DNA of 64,000 nucleotides from Fistulifera solaris (Eukaryota), in contig AP026127.1 in assembly GCA_030295235.1 (NCBI GenBank), forward strand, positions 434,001 to 498,000. Direction: 5' to 3'. The notes under the pieces were generated by a model. The model was not told the DNA's origin. It did not search any database and saw only the letters and a list, made by a program, of their open reading frames with translations. A program made the translations under genes and the position numbers. Of the stretch, positions 62,509 to 64,000 are shown in pieces (position 1 is the first letter of the stretch; each line of letters begins with the position of its first letter).

Positions 62509-63360
62509 CTATAAATCTACATATGAACTCGTTTCCTCCACAGGACGACACGTTTTCATGTTACGCCACCAGCTTTGTTGAAAGCAAGCATGCGGTCCAT
62601 TGCCATGCAAACACCGAGATACCGTGCGTACATCATGCGTTTGCTCCAATTGTAGAATCAATTCTGGTAAGCGTTCAAAAATGGCCGTCGTTTCGCTATC
62701 AGCATTCCCTTCGTACGAGGGTACATAGACAGCATTTCCGTAATTCCGCACACATTGCTGCGGAGTGTTTTCAATAATGATGGTTCGTTCTCGTGTAAAT
62801 ACACTGGATGACTGCTTCTTGTGTTTCTTCCATACCTTAGCCAAGTCTTTGGTCTCACGGCACGGGCAAGTAAAAATGGCGCCATTCTGACACGTGCATC
62901 GCTCGCACGCGTGACGATAGGACTCACACCAGCAACACAACGACACTTCCCCGTGCACATGCCTGGGAATTCGTGCCCGTGTCACCATATGATCGGCGGT
63001 CCACACGAATGCAAAGAGATTCCGACAATCGAGTCCTTGACAGTCGTGTTGCGGATCGAGGGCGGAACAGATTTTCCAAGTCACATAATGAGCCCAACTG
63101 GCGTGTGCGGCGGTCCAAACGGCGACAACATGGTTCCGTGCTTGACACCAGCGTAAAAAGTCCAAGACCGCCGGTCGTAAGAAGGTTTCCGATGCAGATG
63201 GATGTTCACTGCTGCTGCTTTCCGCCACGAGGGTTCCGTCGAGGTCAAGAATAATGCCCAGTCGTCGATCGGATGATAAACTTTCCTCTGGCATATATTC
63301 CTCCGAGGATGAGTCTAACGAAGCTCTCACCGAAGAAGGACTGAGGGCACGCGGGGGCAT
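62509..63360 (-). CDS. FCP1/NIF-like HAD phosphatase with a Cys-rich insertion
   Basis: IILDLDGTLV, FLRPAVLDFL, VAVWTAA, KDLAKVW and TIIIENTP...NYGNAVYVPSY. Confidence 0.85.
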   Translation of the reverse strand: MPPRALSPSSVRASLDSSSEEYMPEESLSSDRRLGIILDLDGTLVAESSSSEHPSASETFLRPAVLDFLRWCQARNHVVAVWTAAHASWAHYVTWKICSALDPQHDCQGLDCRNLFAFVWTADHMVTRARIPRHVHGEVSLCCWCESYRHACERCTCQNGAIFTCPCRETKDLAKVWKKHKKQSSSVFTRERTIIIENTPQQCVRNYGNAVYVPSYEGNADSETTAIFERLPELILQLEQTHDVRTVSRCLHGNGPHACFQQSWWRNMKTCRPVEETSSYVDL

Positions 63361-63726
63361 ACTGAAGGACTGTTGTTGTGACGTTGAATAATGCGAAAGA
63401 ATCGAATGCCTTGGTGGCTGTCGTGCATTATGAGCGAAAGGATGCTAGATGAATGATTCGTGAAGCTAAGAGTTGAAAACTGGTCTCGAAAGCGGGTCAA
63501 TGATAACTTTTTTATTCATGATTCATGACGAAAACGGATCGATCGATCGTTTTCGAGTGTGTGTCTGCGATGCGGACGATTGGCTTTTGTTCGCAAACGT
63601 GGTCTTTTTTTCGCGCATGTGTGCAAGAAATGCGATCTGCGCACGTGCGCGTGCGGAGCATTTGCTTGAAGCTTGAAGCAATCCGAACACTTCTGAATGT
63701 CCCATAAAGTGTACAGTAGTAAAAAG

Positions 63727-63780
63727 TTACTATGGTACCAACTGTTGTCAGTTTTCACCACGACTGGTTTTAGTCACGAG
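63727..63780 (+). repeat. Solo copy of the dispersed repeat core
   Basis: TTACTATGGTACCAACTGTTGTCAGTTTTCACCACGACTGGTTTTAGTCACGAG closely parallels array 1 (TTACTATGGTACAATGTGTTGG...CCACGACTGCCTTCCAGTCACGAG). Confidence 0.7.
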
Positions 63781-64000
63781 CGCTGGTTCGTTTTAGATTC
63801 GTTTCTCGCCTCACTCAACGACCTATTGATCCTCTTACACAAGATCTTGAAGATATTTGACCGTTCAACCACTACCAAACGTAAGACTGCACTTGAAAGA
63901 AGCGTAGATATGCAGGCAAACAATAGAAGACGTAGCGCCCGTCATTCTTAGTTGAGGCTAGGTTGAGGTACGAAGGCAAGAAATTAGGCTTATTTAGTTG

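Overview
Gene-dense eukaryotic DNA from a diatom. The evidence is a fucoxanthin-chlorophyll a/c protein with an ASAFAP plastid-targeting motif, short GT-AG introns, a DUR3 urea transporter and an expanded lineage-specific gene family. A raphid pennate such as Fistulifera is plausible, but that is inference. About 27 protein-coding loci are present: GPN3, aspartic protease, NIT1, a Pol-beta-like nucleotidyltransferase, PAQR, organellar PheRS, DENND4-like, DCP2, a C2 protein, DUR3, Rab8/Sec4, HAD IIA, DcpS, a TPR protein, SRP68, Lhcf, an RRM protein, organellar L1, an SDR, an FCP1-like phosphatase and several hypotheticals. Many are broken by 1-nt indels, mostly in homopolymers, which points to sequencing error. 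The main non-coding finding is one dispersed repeat family. It underlies three apparently unrelated 215-245 bp tandem arrays and at least four further solo or degenerate sites. Its core is ACTAT-N7/8-GTGTTG-N10-CCA(C/T/A)GACTG-N5-CAGTCA(C/T)GA, and it nearly always lies upstream of genes. Also found: a tRNA-headed SINE-like insertion with target-site duplication, a Mutator-like MITE, a 787-bp inverted partial DUR3 copy whose observed coding differences are all synonymous, and a 696-bp triplication with a 4-bp microhomology junction.
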